The notes: generated by a model from the letters alone, not told the origin. A DNA stretch of 64,000 bases from Octopus bimaculoides (GCF_001194135.2 NC_068983.1:2042051-2106050); one strand, 5' to 3'; positions 38,025-50,989 are shown, counted from the first letter of the stretch. Made by a program: numbers and translations.

Positions 38025-38167
38025 TAGAACGAACATAGCAATGTAGTTCTGTAGAACGAACATAGCAATGTAGTTCTGTAGAACGAACATAGCAATGTAG
38101 TTCTGTAGAACGAACATAGCAATATAGTTCTGTAGAACGAACATAGCAATATAGTTGTGTAGAACGA
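38025..38167. repeat. 27-bp minisatellite, 5 copies plus a partial
   Basis: TAGAACGAACATAGCAAT(G/A)TAGTTCTG repeated head-to-tail with no spacers. Confidence 0.95.
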
Positions 38168-38661
38168 CATTTTTTAACCTACCGATATCTGGAAAACTTA
38201 TGTTATGATTAGCTGTTGTCATAATGGCTTAAAGAATAAAACCATTCCCAGTTTCAGTGTCGAAACAGAGTCAATAGATGAACGCTTCAGTAAGAGAAGA
38301 ATAATGGCGGTAATATCTAAAACTGGTAATCTGTGAAAAAAATGCAAGAGTGGAATCCGACCAGGGTTATCAGCTTTGTATAAAACATTCACAACGAGTA
38401 GCTGCTGGGATGAAAAACACGTGTAAAACTTATAAAAAAAGAGAATATTTTAGAAGATAAGAAAAAATGGATTGCAACATGGCAGTAAACACTGGGAGAG
38501 TCCATTATTGAAACGGAAAGTCATAAATGTATTTAGCTGGAAGAAGTAAATAACAAATATGGTTTATCTTGGAAATAAATTTGCGAAAGATCCACAAACA
38601 TTGATTCTTTACGCAGCATCCATGAGCAAAGTAGCGGCATAAATATCTTGTTATCGTATAC

Positions 38662-38845
38662 GAGGCGACGAATTGGGCAACTGGGCAAAATGCTTAGTTG
38701 TATTTCGCCCAATGCCTTGTTCTCAGTTCAACTTCAGCCCAGGTCGACTTTGCCTTTCGGGGTCCATAAATTAATTACCAATGAAACACTGGGATTGACT
38801 TAATCCCCTTCCTCAAGCTGCCCTTGTGGCAAAATTTTGAAATCG
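38662..38845 (+). mobile_element. Degenerate SINE family B
   Basis: GGCAAAATGCTTAGTTGTATTTCG...GGTCGACTTTGCCTTTCGGGGTC...TTACCA. Confidence 0.75.
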
Positions 38846-38880
38846 TTATGTTATACATATTATAAGCAACTGGTTATATT

Positions 38881-39081
38881 CTTTTCTACTCAAGCCACAA
38901 GGCTTGGAATTTTGGGGGAGGGGAGCCAGTCGATTAGATTCATCCAGTACGCAACTGGTACTTAATTTATTGACACTCTCGAAAGTATAAAAGGCAAATC
39001 GACCGCGGCGAAATTTAAACTCAAAACGTAAAGACAGACGAAATTCTGCTAAGCATAAAATTTCTGCCAGCTCGCTGCCTT
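38881..39081 (-). mobile_element. SINE family B (alternative tail) with 13-bp TSD
   Basis: The TSD AACTGGTTATATT lies at 38868-38880 and 39082-39094. Confidence 0.85.
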
Positions 39082-40691
39082 AACTGGTTATATTATAGCT
39101 ACTATGCATAATCAGTTATAGATATCATAGGTAAATGGAGAGCAATCATGTGGGAAGAAAAGGTGCATAAAACATAAAGAATACAACATAGAGGAATCGT
39201 TGACAGGTATACCATTTTGTTACATCTAATTTGAATTTAAAATCTGATTAAACTAAACTTTCAATGAATACAATAGACGAAAATAGAATAAACCAGCAGT
39301 TATAAATGAAGGATGTAATATTCCATTTTAAGAGAACGACTGTAGACGTGACACAATGCAGGGACAAGTTTTTTGTCGGATATTTTAGGACCTAATTGTT
39401 CAGTGGTTTATGTAAATATGTAAAGGCTAACATAAAGCGAGGAGATATTGAAATATACAACGTGCATGGTCAGAAAAGAATGTAAAGCTTAATTAGAAAA
39501 ATACTAAGATTAGAAAGAGACGTGGATAAGATAAAAGGGAACCAAATATATTACACACCCGTCAGATGACCTTAATTAATAAACTAATGAGGAGTACCTA
39601 CGTTACCTTGATTTTTTTTTGTGTGTGTTAAACACATTTACAGCTCACGTCTCAAGTCTCGGACATAACTATGTAGTATACTGTAAAGGGATAGTGGCAT
39701 TGTTACATTTCCCAAACAACGTTGCAATGAATTATGTCAGTCTTCAACGTAAAAGCCTCCGATGAAACATGCCAACCATGGCCACCCTTATTTTTGTATA
39801 CCTCTTGCTACTTCCCCGAATACATGATTTCGCTTTCGCAGGTGGTAGCATTTCTTTAGTAGTGGTCCCTGCTTTATAATGGTTGCCTTTGCCTGATGTT
39901 GTGGCTTACCGTTTAATTAATCTCCAGTTGAACTAGCCGTAAATTGAAACTGTGATGGCAACTTCAACTCGTTTCCGAAATTTTAGTCTGTATTTCACGT
40001 AATAACTGTTTCTAATGCGAGACGAAATGTGAGCGCGGAAATTGACATCACATTGTACTTCATTTTGTCGACATCTGAAAAAATGAAGCGAAGCTAGATT
40101 TGAACTGAGAACGTAAGTAATTGCACTCCACGTTCAAAGAATAGTTTCAACGTTTCTAACGATTCTGCTGATGTAACGTTCTTCTCTTTTAGCAGAATAT
40201 ATTTTTGTCTTTAATAGTAAAATGTTGCAACTATAAAAAGTCAAGTGTGAGTGTTGATTGATTGAGTGGTAATTATTTTTCGTTATTGTTAAAATAAAAG
40301 CAGCCATCAACTCCGGCAATATTTGGAAGCTATAATACAACATGAGTTTATTATCAACAGATTTCATGATAAATATTTTGATACATTAGCAAATGTAAAT
40401 ATTAAAAAAAACTGTCAGTAATTGGTAGAGGATTGACCTAGAGTTAATAGGATTGACTAGTTATAAATGCGTCGAACCTAGAGAGACAAATAACGATTAA
40501 TAAGTTAAATAATGATAGAGATAACCATTAATCCAGTACAAAGCGTTTTCTGATCATCCATTGCCATATTACATGTTATAATATCTCCTTACCGTGGATC
40601 AAAGCTACACTATTATGGTGTTAGAAAGGTGGTGGTGGGGACTGGCAGAATCGTTAGCACGCCGGGCGAAATGCTTAGCGGTATTTCGTCT

Positions 40692-40861
40692 GCCGTTACG
40701 TTCTGGGTTCAAATTCCGCCGAGGTCGACTTTGCCTTTTATCCTTTCGGGGTCGATAAATTAAGTACCAGTTACGCACTGGGGTCGATGTAATCGACTTA
40801 ATCCGTTCGTCTGGACTTGTTTGTTCCCTCTGTTTAGCCCCTTGTGGGCAATAACGAAATA
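40692..40861 (+). mobile_element. Insert 1: SINE B body with Tx1-type tail
   Basis: Ends TTTAGCCCCTTGTGGGCAATAACGAAATA and is followed by the target copy GGTATCCCGTCT (40862-40873). Confidence 0.75.
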
Positions 40862-40873
40862 GGTATCCCGTCT

Positions 40874-42156
40874 CAGGGAAGTAATTGCGTGAGTCTATTG
40901 AATTGTTGCCGTTGTTGATTCGTTAATTGTTTTGTTTCCCATTTTGGAAAAATGGAGAAGGAGCCGGAGGCAGGCCCAAGAAGAATGGGCTGATGACAGC
41001 CATAATATATAATATGAAAGACGGGAAGATTCTGAAGGCTACAAGGACCAAGAAGGTTGATTACTGGGGATATGGTATCCAATTAACGATTCAGGCAACA
41101 ACGGAGGACTTGAACAGTGTGGTGGATGAGATTGTGCGGCCAGAAGATCTGAGACTGAGATTTACTGTGGAGCGTAGGGCGGTAGTGTGTTTCACACGTG
41201 GAGAAAGGGGCCACATGAAGTCATGGTGCACCCAAAGAAAGCCACAAACAGAACAGGAGGAGAGACAAGAGAGGGTGGATCAGGTAGTACAGGGCAAGGC
41301 AACAGAAAAAGAAACAACAGAAAAAGAAGCGGAGAATGGATTCACTATGGTTAAAAAGAAAAGAAGGAGGAGAGGAGGAATGAGTTCTCCGCCAGAGAAG
41401 CAGAAAAAGAAGAGAGAAGAGGTGAGAAAAGAAACTGTGAAGGAGGTCAGTAGGAANNNNNNNNNNAGAGGTGAGAAAAGAAACTGTGAAGGAGGTCAGT
41501 AGGAAGGAAAAAGAAAGTAAAAAGAAAGTGGAGTTACCAGCGGAGAAAGAGTCGGAAACCCAACTGTATGAGGGTGAGAAGGAGAGACTATTTATGGAGG
41601 AAGAAAAGAGAGAACCAAAAGTCCAAGAGAAAGGAAAGAAGATACGAGGAGGAGAAGGAGTGTGGTATTATGTAACGTACCCAAAAAGGTTGAAACAGAG
41701 AAAAAGATAATCAAGTTTCATTCAATAGTAAGAGTGAAGGTGCATTCATACGTCTACGCGGAGGATATGAAGGCAATATTGATTGAAGAGGAAAACTACA
41801 GAAAATTGAAAGAGATGTGTGGAGATAACATTGACCCGCCAGGAGTGGAGGTGGAATTGAAAGAGTTGCCACCAGTGGTGGATTTAAGAGATATCGAACC
41901 ACTAATGAGTTCTACTAAAGACAAAAAAAAGTATGAAATTAAAGGGAAAAAAAAGAACAATTGTAAATAGTACATATAACGGTTCAAATTGTACTGCATG
42001 GGAGTGGGGCCCATGCATCCATTTTCATTTTTTCATTTTTATATAACTTTCATTTCATTTACATTCGTTTTATATATGTTTTGTCCCTACTGTGGTCTTG
42101 TCTGTCCTTGTAGTGTCCTCATCTGTGTTTGGGGTCTTATGCCTAATAAAGAAATC
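40874..42156 (+). mobile_element. Insert 2: non-autonomous Tx1-like element with ORF1-like coding region only
   Basis: ORFs 40927-41970 contain a decayed zinc knuckle (CFTRGERGHMKSWC) and an E/K-rich region, with no RT or endonuclease. The tail ...CCTAATAAAGAAAT is followed by the target copy at 42157-42168. Confidence 0.7.
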
Positions 42157-42168
42157 GGTATTTCGTCT

Positions 42169-44597
42169 CTGTGAGTTGGAAGTGTTGGTATTGCCGAAGT
42201 GCGTTAATGTAGTAAGTGTAGTTTCTGTTGACTGTTTCCGTGTTGTTGCCTGTTTTATTTGCTGTACCTGTTTAAATTTGTATAATAGTTTTTGTTCGAA
42301 AACTTTTGTGTGTCTTCCACTGTACGGAGAAACATTAATTGTTGGCAGGATGCCATAAAGTTTGTACTCATCTGGCGAGGATTCGACCGATTTAGAGACC
42401 AAAGAAAATTGAAAAAGTATTATTTGGAGATCTTCCGGATTCGTCTCAATACGAATTCCCACCACTTTCGCTGACTAACGTCGCAAAGAAGAACGTCGAA
42501 GTGAAAAGCCTTCAAACGGAGGAAGGTAAACAGAAAAGAAGTTTTGCGTCTGCAGCTGGAGAAAGAACTCGCCAACTGTCGACGAATAAATGTGACCATT
42601 TAATGTACAAGGACATGATAATAATTCAAGACGGTGTTGTCAAGGTTCAACCCCAACAAGAGTTTTATTGACAGAGAAGAAAAAACAATTATATTTAAAA
42701 CATACTGCCAAAAAGAAAGAAAAATCGAGCGAGTAAGCGAGGAGAATGTGACACACAGATTGTATTGGCTCGAACATGAACGGGACCTGCTAAGTCACTT
42801 TCAGCTAGCAGATCCATATAGGTTGGAACACCCGAACACTCTACAATGGATGTAGTCAAATAGTGACAGGTCTTCCAGAACATATATAGATAGGATTTTA
42901 ATTAGAGAAACACGAGTCCATAGTCGAGTGTCCACAGTTTTTTTCTAGTCAGCTACAGTGACCACAAGATAGTTACCTCTAAACTGACAGTAGATAAGCT
43001 GCATAGTCAGGGATCTGGCTACTGGAAACTCAAAACGTCCCTTTTTGGCGACTGAGGAGTACAGAATGCGTATCGATATGTTAATACAGAGGGCATTAAC
43101 AGGTACCATCATTAATAACAAATTGTGGTGCGCCCTAAAAAGAGCCATGAAATATGAGTCTATTAGGTTTAGCATAAAGTTTAGCTAAGAAGGGACGTAG
43201 AATATGAGATGGTCTACTTAAGGAACTAGAAGAAGCCTGGAGGACTGGTAATGCAGACCAAACGAGGGTAAAAAGACTGGAGTTAAACCAGCATCTTGAA
43301 GCCCAACACATGGGAAGTATTGCCAGAGCTAAGTTACGTGCGACGGGAAGTGAAGGAATTAAGGCTGCTGGATGGGCCCGAGTGGTGGAAGCTCGGCAAG
43401 GAAATAGTTCCACTATTCAGTCTTTGACGAATAAAAATGGTGTCTTGGTAAACGAACCCGAGAAAATGTGCGAGACCTTTGGGGAGTACTTCGCCCAGCT
43501 GTTTAGGGATGACGTTGGTCAGAAAGGACCCGGACAAGAGGGACATAATAGAAAATTTCAGGTCCATCACTCTGTTAAGCGCAGAAGTGAAGATTTTGGC
43601 CAAGGTCTTAGCAAAAAGGTTGGTGCGTGTCATGAATGGTATAGTCGGGGAGGCACAGACATGTGCCATCCCAGGCAGAACCTTTCAGGATATTCTCCAC
43701 CTAATTCGCTATACCATAGAGAGGGTTGGTAATAAATCTGGCAAAAATGGGGCATTGGTACATTTGGACCAGTCTAAAGCTTTTGATAGGGTTGACCATC
43801 GATACCTAGCAACTGTGCTTGCGCGGTTCGGCTTGTTGAATAAACAGGTCCAGTTGAATACGTACATTCGGGTTGAAAACGTTGGACAACTTCCAAATGT
43901 CCTTAACCTGGCAATGTTACAGAGGTGCCTTGCCCGTTTGGAATAAGTTCGCAAGACAGGGTAAGCGTCAGTCGCCGACCTGTCCAAGATGCGTGGGAGA
44001 CAGGGAAACCGTCCCTCACGCTATTTTTCACTGTTCGGAGATATCTGAAATGTGGGCTTATGCTGAACACCTGTTGTCCGGCGAAGGAAGAGTACAAATT
44101 GACCCAACGGGAGTTTTAACAAACGAAGGTAAGAATTGTTTTCTCACGGTTGTAGCAATAGTGAAAGAGGTAGTATGGAAGACAAGGAAATACGTGATTA
44201 AGACAGGCAACTCTAACTCTGGCGACATTTTACGTTCATTTTTTACTTTTCCTTTGAAAATGAAAGTGTGGCTGGAGAAGAGATGTCTGTCGGAGTGTAC
44301 GTTCCGAAAGAGATGGAAGCACGTTGCGCGAGTGTTGTGCGTGGAAGGAGCCGTGTAAATAGACGGTGTAAAAAAGAACAAAAAAAGGTGCCAGCGATAG
44401 ATTGGGGCTTGTGGGGTCGGAGCGTGGCCTGATCATTGCTTCATTTGTATTGTCCCTGTATTGTTAATTTCATTCGATTTTTTATATTTTATTTAATTAT
44501 TAAAGTCAGATTTTATGTAGAACCATAATGCATTACTGGTCCCATCACTTGTTCAGTCCATTCCTGTGTTTAGCCCCTGGTGGGCCGTAAAGAAATT
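42169..44597 (+). mobile_element. Insert 3: internally deleted L1/Tx1-clade LINE
   Basis: RT motifs NFRSITLLSAEVKILAKVLAKRL, QTCAIPGR and LDQSKAFDRVDH. C-terminal zinc motif CPRCVGDRETVPHAIFHC. The tail TTTAGCCCCTGGTGGGCCGTAAAGAAAT is followed by the target copy at 44598-44609. Confidence 0.9.
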
Positions 44598-45448
44598 GGT
44601 ATTTCGTCTGTTTTTACGTTCTGAGTTCAAATTCCGCCGAGGTCGACTTTCAACCATTGGGAGTCAATAAATTAAGTACCATACCAGTTGCGTACTGGGG
44701 TCGATCTAATCCACTGACCGGCTCCCCCAAAACTTTGGGCATCGTGCCTAGAGTAGAAAATAACATTATGGTGTTAGAAACGGTGGTGGGATGTCCATGT
44801 AACGTCAACCAACTGAGCTGTCTAACGTGAAGGTGGATTAGCATTCGGTAGAAGTGTGTACCTTTAATATAACCAACAAAGAAAATCAATGAAACATAAA
44901 GCATGATTCATTCAACAGGCTTCCGTACAGTTTCTGTTTACGAATTTCCATTCACAAGTCTCGGGTAGTTCAGTGTATGAGATAATTGGTATTTACGCAG
45001 AGTATTACGGAAGCGCATGATTGCAAATCTAACTTCATAAATATTCTGTTAGGACTGCCTGATTATGGGAGATTATAGAGCTCAGTTCATGACAGGCACT
45101 TACTTTATCGACCCCAGAAAAACAAAACTAAGTCCTCTCCCACGCTCTTTTTGAAATCAAAATATAATGGCACAAATAAATGTAGAATACCATGGTTTCA
45201 TTATCATCAAAACAAATTATTTGCTGCAAGAAAGAAGACAGTCAATCTAGTGTGAAACATTATCAATCAGCTACCATATTAGAGTTATATTCTATCATGT
45301 GTGTCATAAGAACTTTACATCAAATACGAAGTTTTAAACTGATAATTCAATTAATCTAAAGAAGTCTTACAGCTACAAAACACTGTATAGTTTATGATTG
45401 TAAATGTCATATATTGAACGAGATGATACGTATGTTCTTAAAATCCAC

Positions 45449-45504
<56 letters not shown>

Positions 45505-46584
45505 NNNNNNNNNNNNNNNNNNNNNNNNNNNNNNNNNNNNNNNNNNNNNNNNNNNNNNNNNNNNNNNNNNNNNNNNNNNNNNNNNNNNNNNNNNNNNNNN
45601 NNNNNNNNNNNNNNNNNNNNNNNNNNNNNNNNNNNNNNNNNNNNNNNNNNNNNNNNNNNNNNNNNNNNNNNNNNNNNNNNNNNNNNNNNNNNNNNNNNNN
45701 NNNNNNNNNNNNNNNNNNNNNNNNNNNNNNNNNNNNNNNNNNNNNNNNNNNNNNNNNNNNNNNNNNNNNNNNNNNNNNNNNNNNNNNNNNNNNNNNNNNN
45801 NNNNNNNNNNNNNNNNNNNNNNNNNNNNNNNNNNNNNNNNNNNNNNNNNNNNNNNNNNNNNNNNNNNNNNNNNNNNNNNNNNNNNNNNNNNNNNNNNNNN
45901 NNNNNNNNNNNNNNNNNNNNNNNNNNNNNNNNNNNNNNNNNNNNNNNNNNNNNNNNNNNNNNNNNNNNNNNNNNNNNNNNNNNNNNNNNNNNNNNNNNNN
46001 NNNNNNNNNNNNNNNNNNNNNNNNNNNNNNNNNNNNNNNNNNNNNNNNNNNNNNNNNNNNNNNNNNNNNNNNNNNNNNNNNNNNNNNNNNNNNNNNNNNN
46101 NNNNNNNNNNNNNNNNNNNNNNNNNNNNNNNNNNNNNNNNNNNNNNNNNNNNNNNNNNNNNNNNNNNNNNNNNNNNNNNNNNNNNNNNNNNNNNNNNNNN
46201 NNNNNNNNNNNNNNNNNNNNNNNNNNNNNNNNNNNNNNNNNNNNNNNNNNNNNNNNNNNNNNNNNNNNNNNNNNNNNNNNNNNNNNNNNNNNNNNNNNNN
46301 NNNNNNNNNNNNNNNNNNNNNNNNNNNNNNNNNNNNNNNNNNNNNNNNNNNNNNNNNNNNNNNNNNNNNNNNNNNNNNNNNNNNNNNNNNNNNNNNNNNN
46401 NNNNNNNNNNNNNNNNNNNNNNNNNNNNNNNNNNNNNNNNNNNTATTTTATAATAAGAACTATTATACATTAAATCAAAGTATCACTCAATACGTTTCTT
46501 AGTGTACAAACTTATTACGCCTTCACAAGAAGCCGATGATGGCTTGACTGGCTGAAACCTAGAAATTACTGTTTTTGTTATATT

Positions 46585-46780
46585 CGTTCTTTTATTCATT
46601 ATTTGATTCAGTTATTTGACTGCGGCCATGCTGAAGCACCGACTTTAATCGAGCAAATCGACCCCAGGACTTATTCTTTGTAAGCCTAGTGCTTATTCTA
46701 CCGGTCTCTCTTGCCGAACCGCTAAGTGACGGGAACCTAAACACACCAGTATCGGTTGTCAAGTGATGTTGGGGCGACAA
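46585..46780 (-). mobile_element. SINE family A, 3' half
   Basis: TTGACTGCGGCCATGCTGAAGCACC...GGTTGTCAAGTGATG. Confidence 0.85.
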
Positions 46781-46879
46781 AAAGGCACTGGTGTTTCAGT
46801 TGCACAAAATCTTGTTTGAGTCGAGAATGATAAAAACATTTTGAAAACTTTCCGAGTAGGTATCGCGAAGCTTTTGGAA

Positions 46880-47112
46880 AAATTTCATGCAGATTCCTCG
46901 CTCAACTTTCTGTGTCATGGTCAATGCAACGATCACACGCTACACACGTTCCTTCCAAGCACTGCTGGAAACAGCGCAAGTGGGCTAGAACGCTGAAATT
47001 TAGTGCACATGCACAGTAGAGTTGAAAATCTATCTGTACCAAGCACCTCAAATCTATGTGCTTTAGCTTCGTTACTAGGCAATAGTCTTGGTACTTATTG
47101 ATCAGACCACTT
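46880..47112 (-). mobile_element. Mariner 5'-end fragment, same family as 15777-16598
   Basis: Aligns with 16420-16598 and ends in the TIR TACTTATTGATCAGACCAC next to (TA)n. Confidence 0.75.
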
Positions 47113-47220
47113 ATATATATATATATCGGAGTAAATGTGACAAACATATTTAAACTTAATTAGAAAATATCTATTTCTATATCTCACAACGAGAGATATT
47201 CAGCAACAGTACTTTGTTGC

Positions 47221-47662
47221 AACGATTGTTTCCCAACGTAGCATGGCAGTCCTGGTTTAGGAGGAATGTTGCTGTAATTTAGCCCTTGTTCGAAAATATA
47301 ACGACACAGATCGTGTCGTGTATCTAGCTGGAGACGATGTCTCCTGTGGCTAAATTACACTAGTAATTTTCTAATTTATAAATCAGTGACTAGTTGTCAC
47401 TTTGAAAACTATATATTTGGAACGGGAATTTGACAGCCCCACATCCAGCCGAACAATTATTCTGTGCTGATAAACAGAAAGAACCAGGAAATCGGGATAC
47501 ACAGGTACTGTTTTGAGCTGAGTGGGGTGCTAGATTCCCGTGTTCGAAAATATCAGGACACAGATCATGTCGTATAACCAGCTGGAGACGATTCTCTTGG
47601 GGTTAAATTACAGCAACATTCATCCTAAACCAGGACTGCCATATTATGTTGGCAAACAATCT
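47221..47662. mobile_element. Non-coding element with about 65-bp inverted termini and an internal direct repeat
   Basis: 47221-47285 is the reverse complement of 47599-47662. The direct repeat is at 47288-47360 / 47542-47614. Confidence 0.75.
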
Positions 47663-47683
47663 TTACTACATATTTTAACTAAC

Positions 47684-47725
<42 letters not shown>

Positions 47726-48299
47726 GTATATGTATGTGTATGGGTGTGTATATACTTCTATCACAAGCTATCTTGAAGGCTTACGGGCAGTTTCCTGATT
47801 AGTCTCGTCCAAGATGCACATCTATCCCAATACTGTCTGCTTTGCAATCGATATTATTATTGACTTCTTTTTTTAATTCCTTTTTTCATTATAGCAGACG
47901 TGGTTACTGTGATATCATTGCGAAATATTAATTTACTGTATAACATATGCAGAATATGATATAGCAAATATATCATTATAAAAATAGGATATAATTTTAA
48001 CACTGTCACACTTCCATATGGAAATATCTTTATTATCATATTTTGTAGTGTAATTAAGTGACCAGCCTGATTCTAAAACACAGACCATGGCAAAATACCA
48101 TTACAGACAGCAAAGATTTTGCATTAATGAGGTACAAAAGACATTGGTACAAAAAGGTTACGGAAGGTTTTGTACGTATACACTGATTTACAACATATTA
48201 ATATATTTGATAGTATATAATTCCTCAAAAGGAGGAGAGACTTTCTAGAGCTGCTTGCGGAAAAATCATAAAACCATGATCACCTACGCAAATACACCA

Positions 48300-49600
48300 A
48301 GTGCCCTCTGCTCATCCTCTTTCCGCAATCTACAAGCGCGTACTCAGAACAGGTCATCCCACTCAGAATATTCTTGCCACTCTCATCTAACTTTGAACAA
48401 ATTTGGTGGAATACACGACTTCCCCTTCTAATATCTTCGTCCCTTTCGATTAGACTTCAAAAAGTTAATGAGGCTCTTGTTTTTTTCCAAATAGGAAAGT
48501 GTCTCTTTTTAACCCTTTCTCCTTGGCCCATCATGCAACCCTTTTTGTAAGGCCACCAGACAGACAAACATTGCCTTCTCGTTCCAGACCAAAAGAAGGG
48601 GCAGAAAATTAGATGTTATCTGGACTCATGCAACATGTGACAACACTCAAGTCAGCAACCCTTGAGTATTTAACGAGTGCAAACGGAACAGTTCTGGCAG
48701 TTTTGTACACATCCGAAGAAGGTCCGGTTGAAGACACTTGCATGCCTTTGGAATTTATCTCGAACTGACAATACTCCATATCCAGTAGCACTGTCAGCGG
48801 AGATTTCTAGAAATTGTCTATGAGCCCCGTTTCAAAAGTTCTTTGGGGGAGACGATACAGCTGATTATCGTCGACGCTCAGAATCTTTCCAAGTATGTCG
48901 TCACTCTCGCCTTCCCCACGAAACATCTACAGATTGCCGAAGTGGATCTTCCACCGACTACATTACTCGATTGATGAAGGGCTGTGAGCACCTGATCGCG
49001 CTCAATGTGCTAGTCGGGTTACAATTTGAATAGGACAGCTTGCAAAAGCACTTGATTCACTCGAGACGTGATCATTCCCATCATATTCCTATCAAAGAAT
49101 TTGTTGGACAATACAGATCGTCCCACCCCATTCTCATTTACTATTACAAGTGACACCTAAAAACTTGAGCAGAGCGTGGTCAAAAAGGAAACTATCTCCA
49201 TTCCCTTTCATAATGTCCATATCACTATCTCATTCGCCATTTTTATTAGACGGTGAAAAAAAGGCGACGGAGTTATCTTCACAGCAGACTCAACTGATCA
49301 CAGGGTCTGTCATAAACGAGGCTGCTTCTACGACCTGACTCCATAAAGCAACAATGCATGTGATATAAGCTTGCAATCTGACAACTCGATAATGTATGTC
49401 AAAGAGATAATACTGGAATTCTGGTCACCTGACCGTTGATATTCTGCTTCGGGTCTCACCCGTGACGATCAAATGACATTTCAGAGTTTTTCACCAGTTT
49501 CTGTGCAAACGTTGCTGAATGTATATAAGAGTTAAAACGTGGAAAAGTTTCCCTGAGACGAATCTACTTGGTATTTATCCCTAAAATAAGACTCACCAGG
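48300..49600 (-). mobile_element. Highly decayed Tx1-clade ORF2 3' region
   Basis: Minus-strand fragments (..RTVPFALVKYSRVADL, FLFGKNKSLINFLK) align by eye with the C-terminus of the 43873-44358 element. Confidence 0.55.
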
Positions 49601-50989
49601 TATCACAGCTATTTAGCCAGAAGCGATGAGCTTACCCGTCGTTTGTCAACTTGATGTTTGGTTCGGTTTGAATTATCAAGTTACTCAGATTCTATGTCAT
49701 TTCACGAAGGTTTTGTATGTTCTTTGTAAGTTCGGAAAGAGGCATAGTTATTAATTAGTTTAATAGTGTATGCCATTGATATAGTGGAAAAAGCCAAATA
49801 AGAACAACTAATCACATCATCAATTAGACAGAATACACTATATTTTGAAACCTTACAATATACTTAGTATACAGATGAATATATATTCTAAGTATATATA
49901 CTGTAGTAACACTATAATATGAAATTTAATCTAAATTCCATCAGTGATATGCAAGATAATCGAAGCCGTACAGAAGACCATAAATGAAGTCGAGTAATTA
50001 CGTTTCTAGTCGAATAAACTTTTTTCTTTAGCTGATATATTTACAACACTAGCAATATCAACTTCATTTCTGTTTCACGCTCCTCCGTAATCACAATAAT
50101 GATAGACGCCATTATGAAGTTACTTCTACTTCACAAACTCCCATTGTAAACAATTAAAGCAATGACAACACGTCAGAATCTCACGTTCATTTGAATGAAA
50201 ATTTGTCTAAAGTTTGAAGTATATATCATATAACTAATATGTTCAGAAATATATTATGTTTAGACAAAATATTTCACTCGAACTTTAAGCTTAATACAAT
50301 ACATACTCAAATTAATATGATCAAAACTACCGTTATATTTATTATCGACATCGAAACAATGCTCCGTTTATACTGATTGTGGTATTTTCAATTTATTTCA
50401 CAATAATCTGAGTTGGCAACTTATTGTGAAATCAACTTTCTTCAGGTATGTCATAGTAGAAGTAACGGAGATAATATGATTTAATTAATAACTGGCGTTA
50501 CAGAGATGTAGAATGAATATATGATCCACATATAAAAGAAGATTTAAGTTCGTTGTAACTGTTAAATGCCACATAGATTCAAGTAAATTGTGAGTTTTCT
50601 AAATGCCTCATAAATCTGTTACACTCAACATTGATACTTAATGAGACATTCACTTGTTGGAAAGATTTCCTGCTCATTCTCTTGTGAGCTGTACCTCCTG
50701 TGTCCACTTGTTCATATCAAGTTGAACGGAAACGTTTAAGTGTAATTCATAAAGTAGTATGAGTTTTGAATATATAAATATTTGGTAATTTTTGTTCGAT
50801 AAAATTACGAACGTGCACTATTTAATATATATGATTAGAATGATTAAGATGTAAACATATATGAGTGCGTGTGCATGTGTATCTGTCAGTGTGTATTCGT
50901 GTGTATATATGTAGATATAGCTAAATAGATATGTACGTACCCTCATACGTACATACATAATACCTACATGCATACATCATATGTGCATC

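Larger units (their letters stand above)
40628..44764 (+). mobile_element. Host SINE family B split by three stacked insertions
   Basis: The head is at 40628-40691 and the 3' remainder at 44598-44764. A flanking TSD ATTATGGTGTTAGAAA lies at 40612-40627 and 44765-44780. Confidence 0.85.

Noticed and set aside
38025-38167. CRISPR-like array or LQNYIAMFV repeat protein
   Set aside because: The units are contiguous with no spacers, there are no cas genes and the context is eukaryotic. The ORF is a by-product of the 27-bp period.
41418-41505. 39-bp direct duplication splitting the ORF1-like frame
   Set aside because: The two identical copies flank a 10-N gap, which is typical of unmerged contig overlap. 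Probably an artefact.
45373-46502. Long ORFs in the ORF track, also at 5695-6528, 10658-11848, 25386-26128 and 55153-55737
   Set aside because: They consist of N-gaps and microsatellite translations (YI, CV, poly-I/Y).
46533-46560. Additional hammerhead-like cores (also 17779-17800 and about 53935-53960)
   Set aside because: The cores are mutated and stems II, III and I cannot be formed convincingly. They are at most dead remnants.
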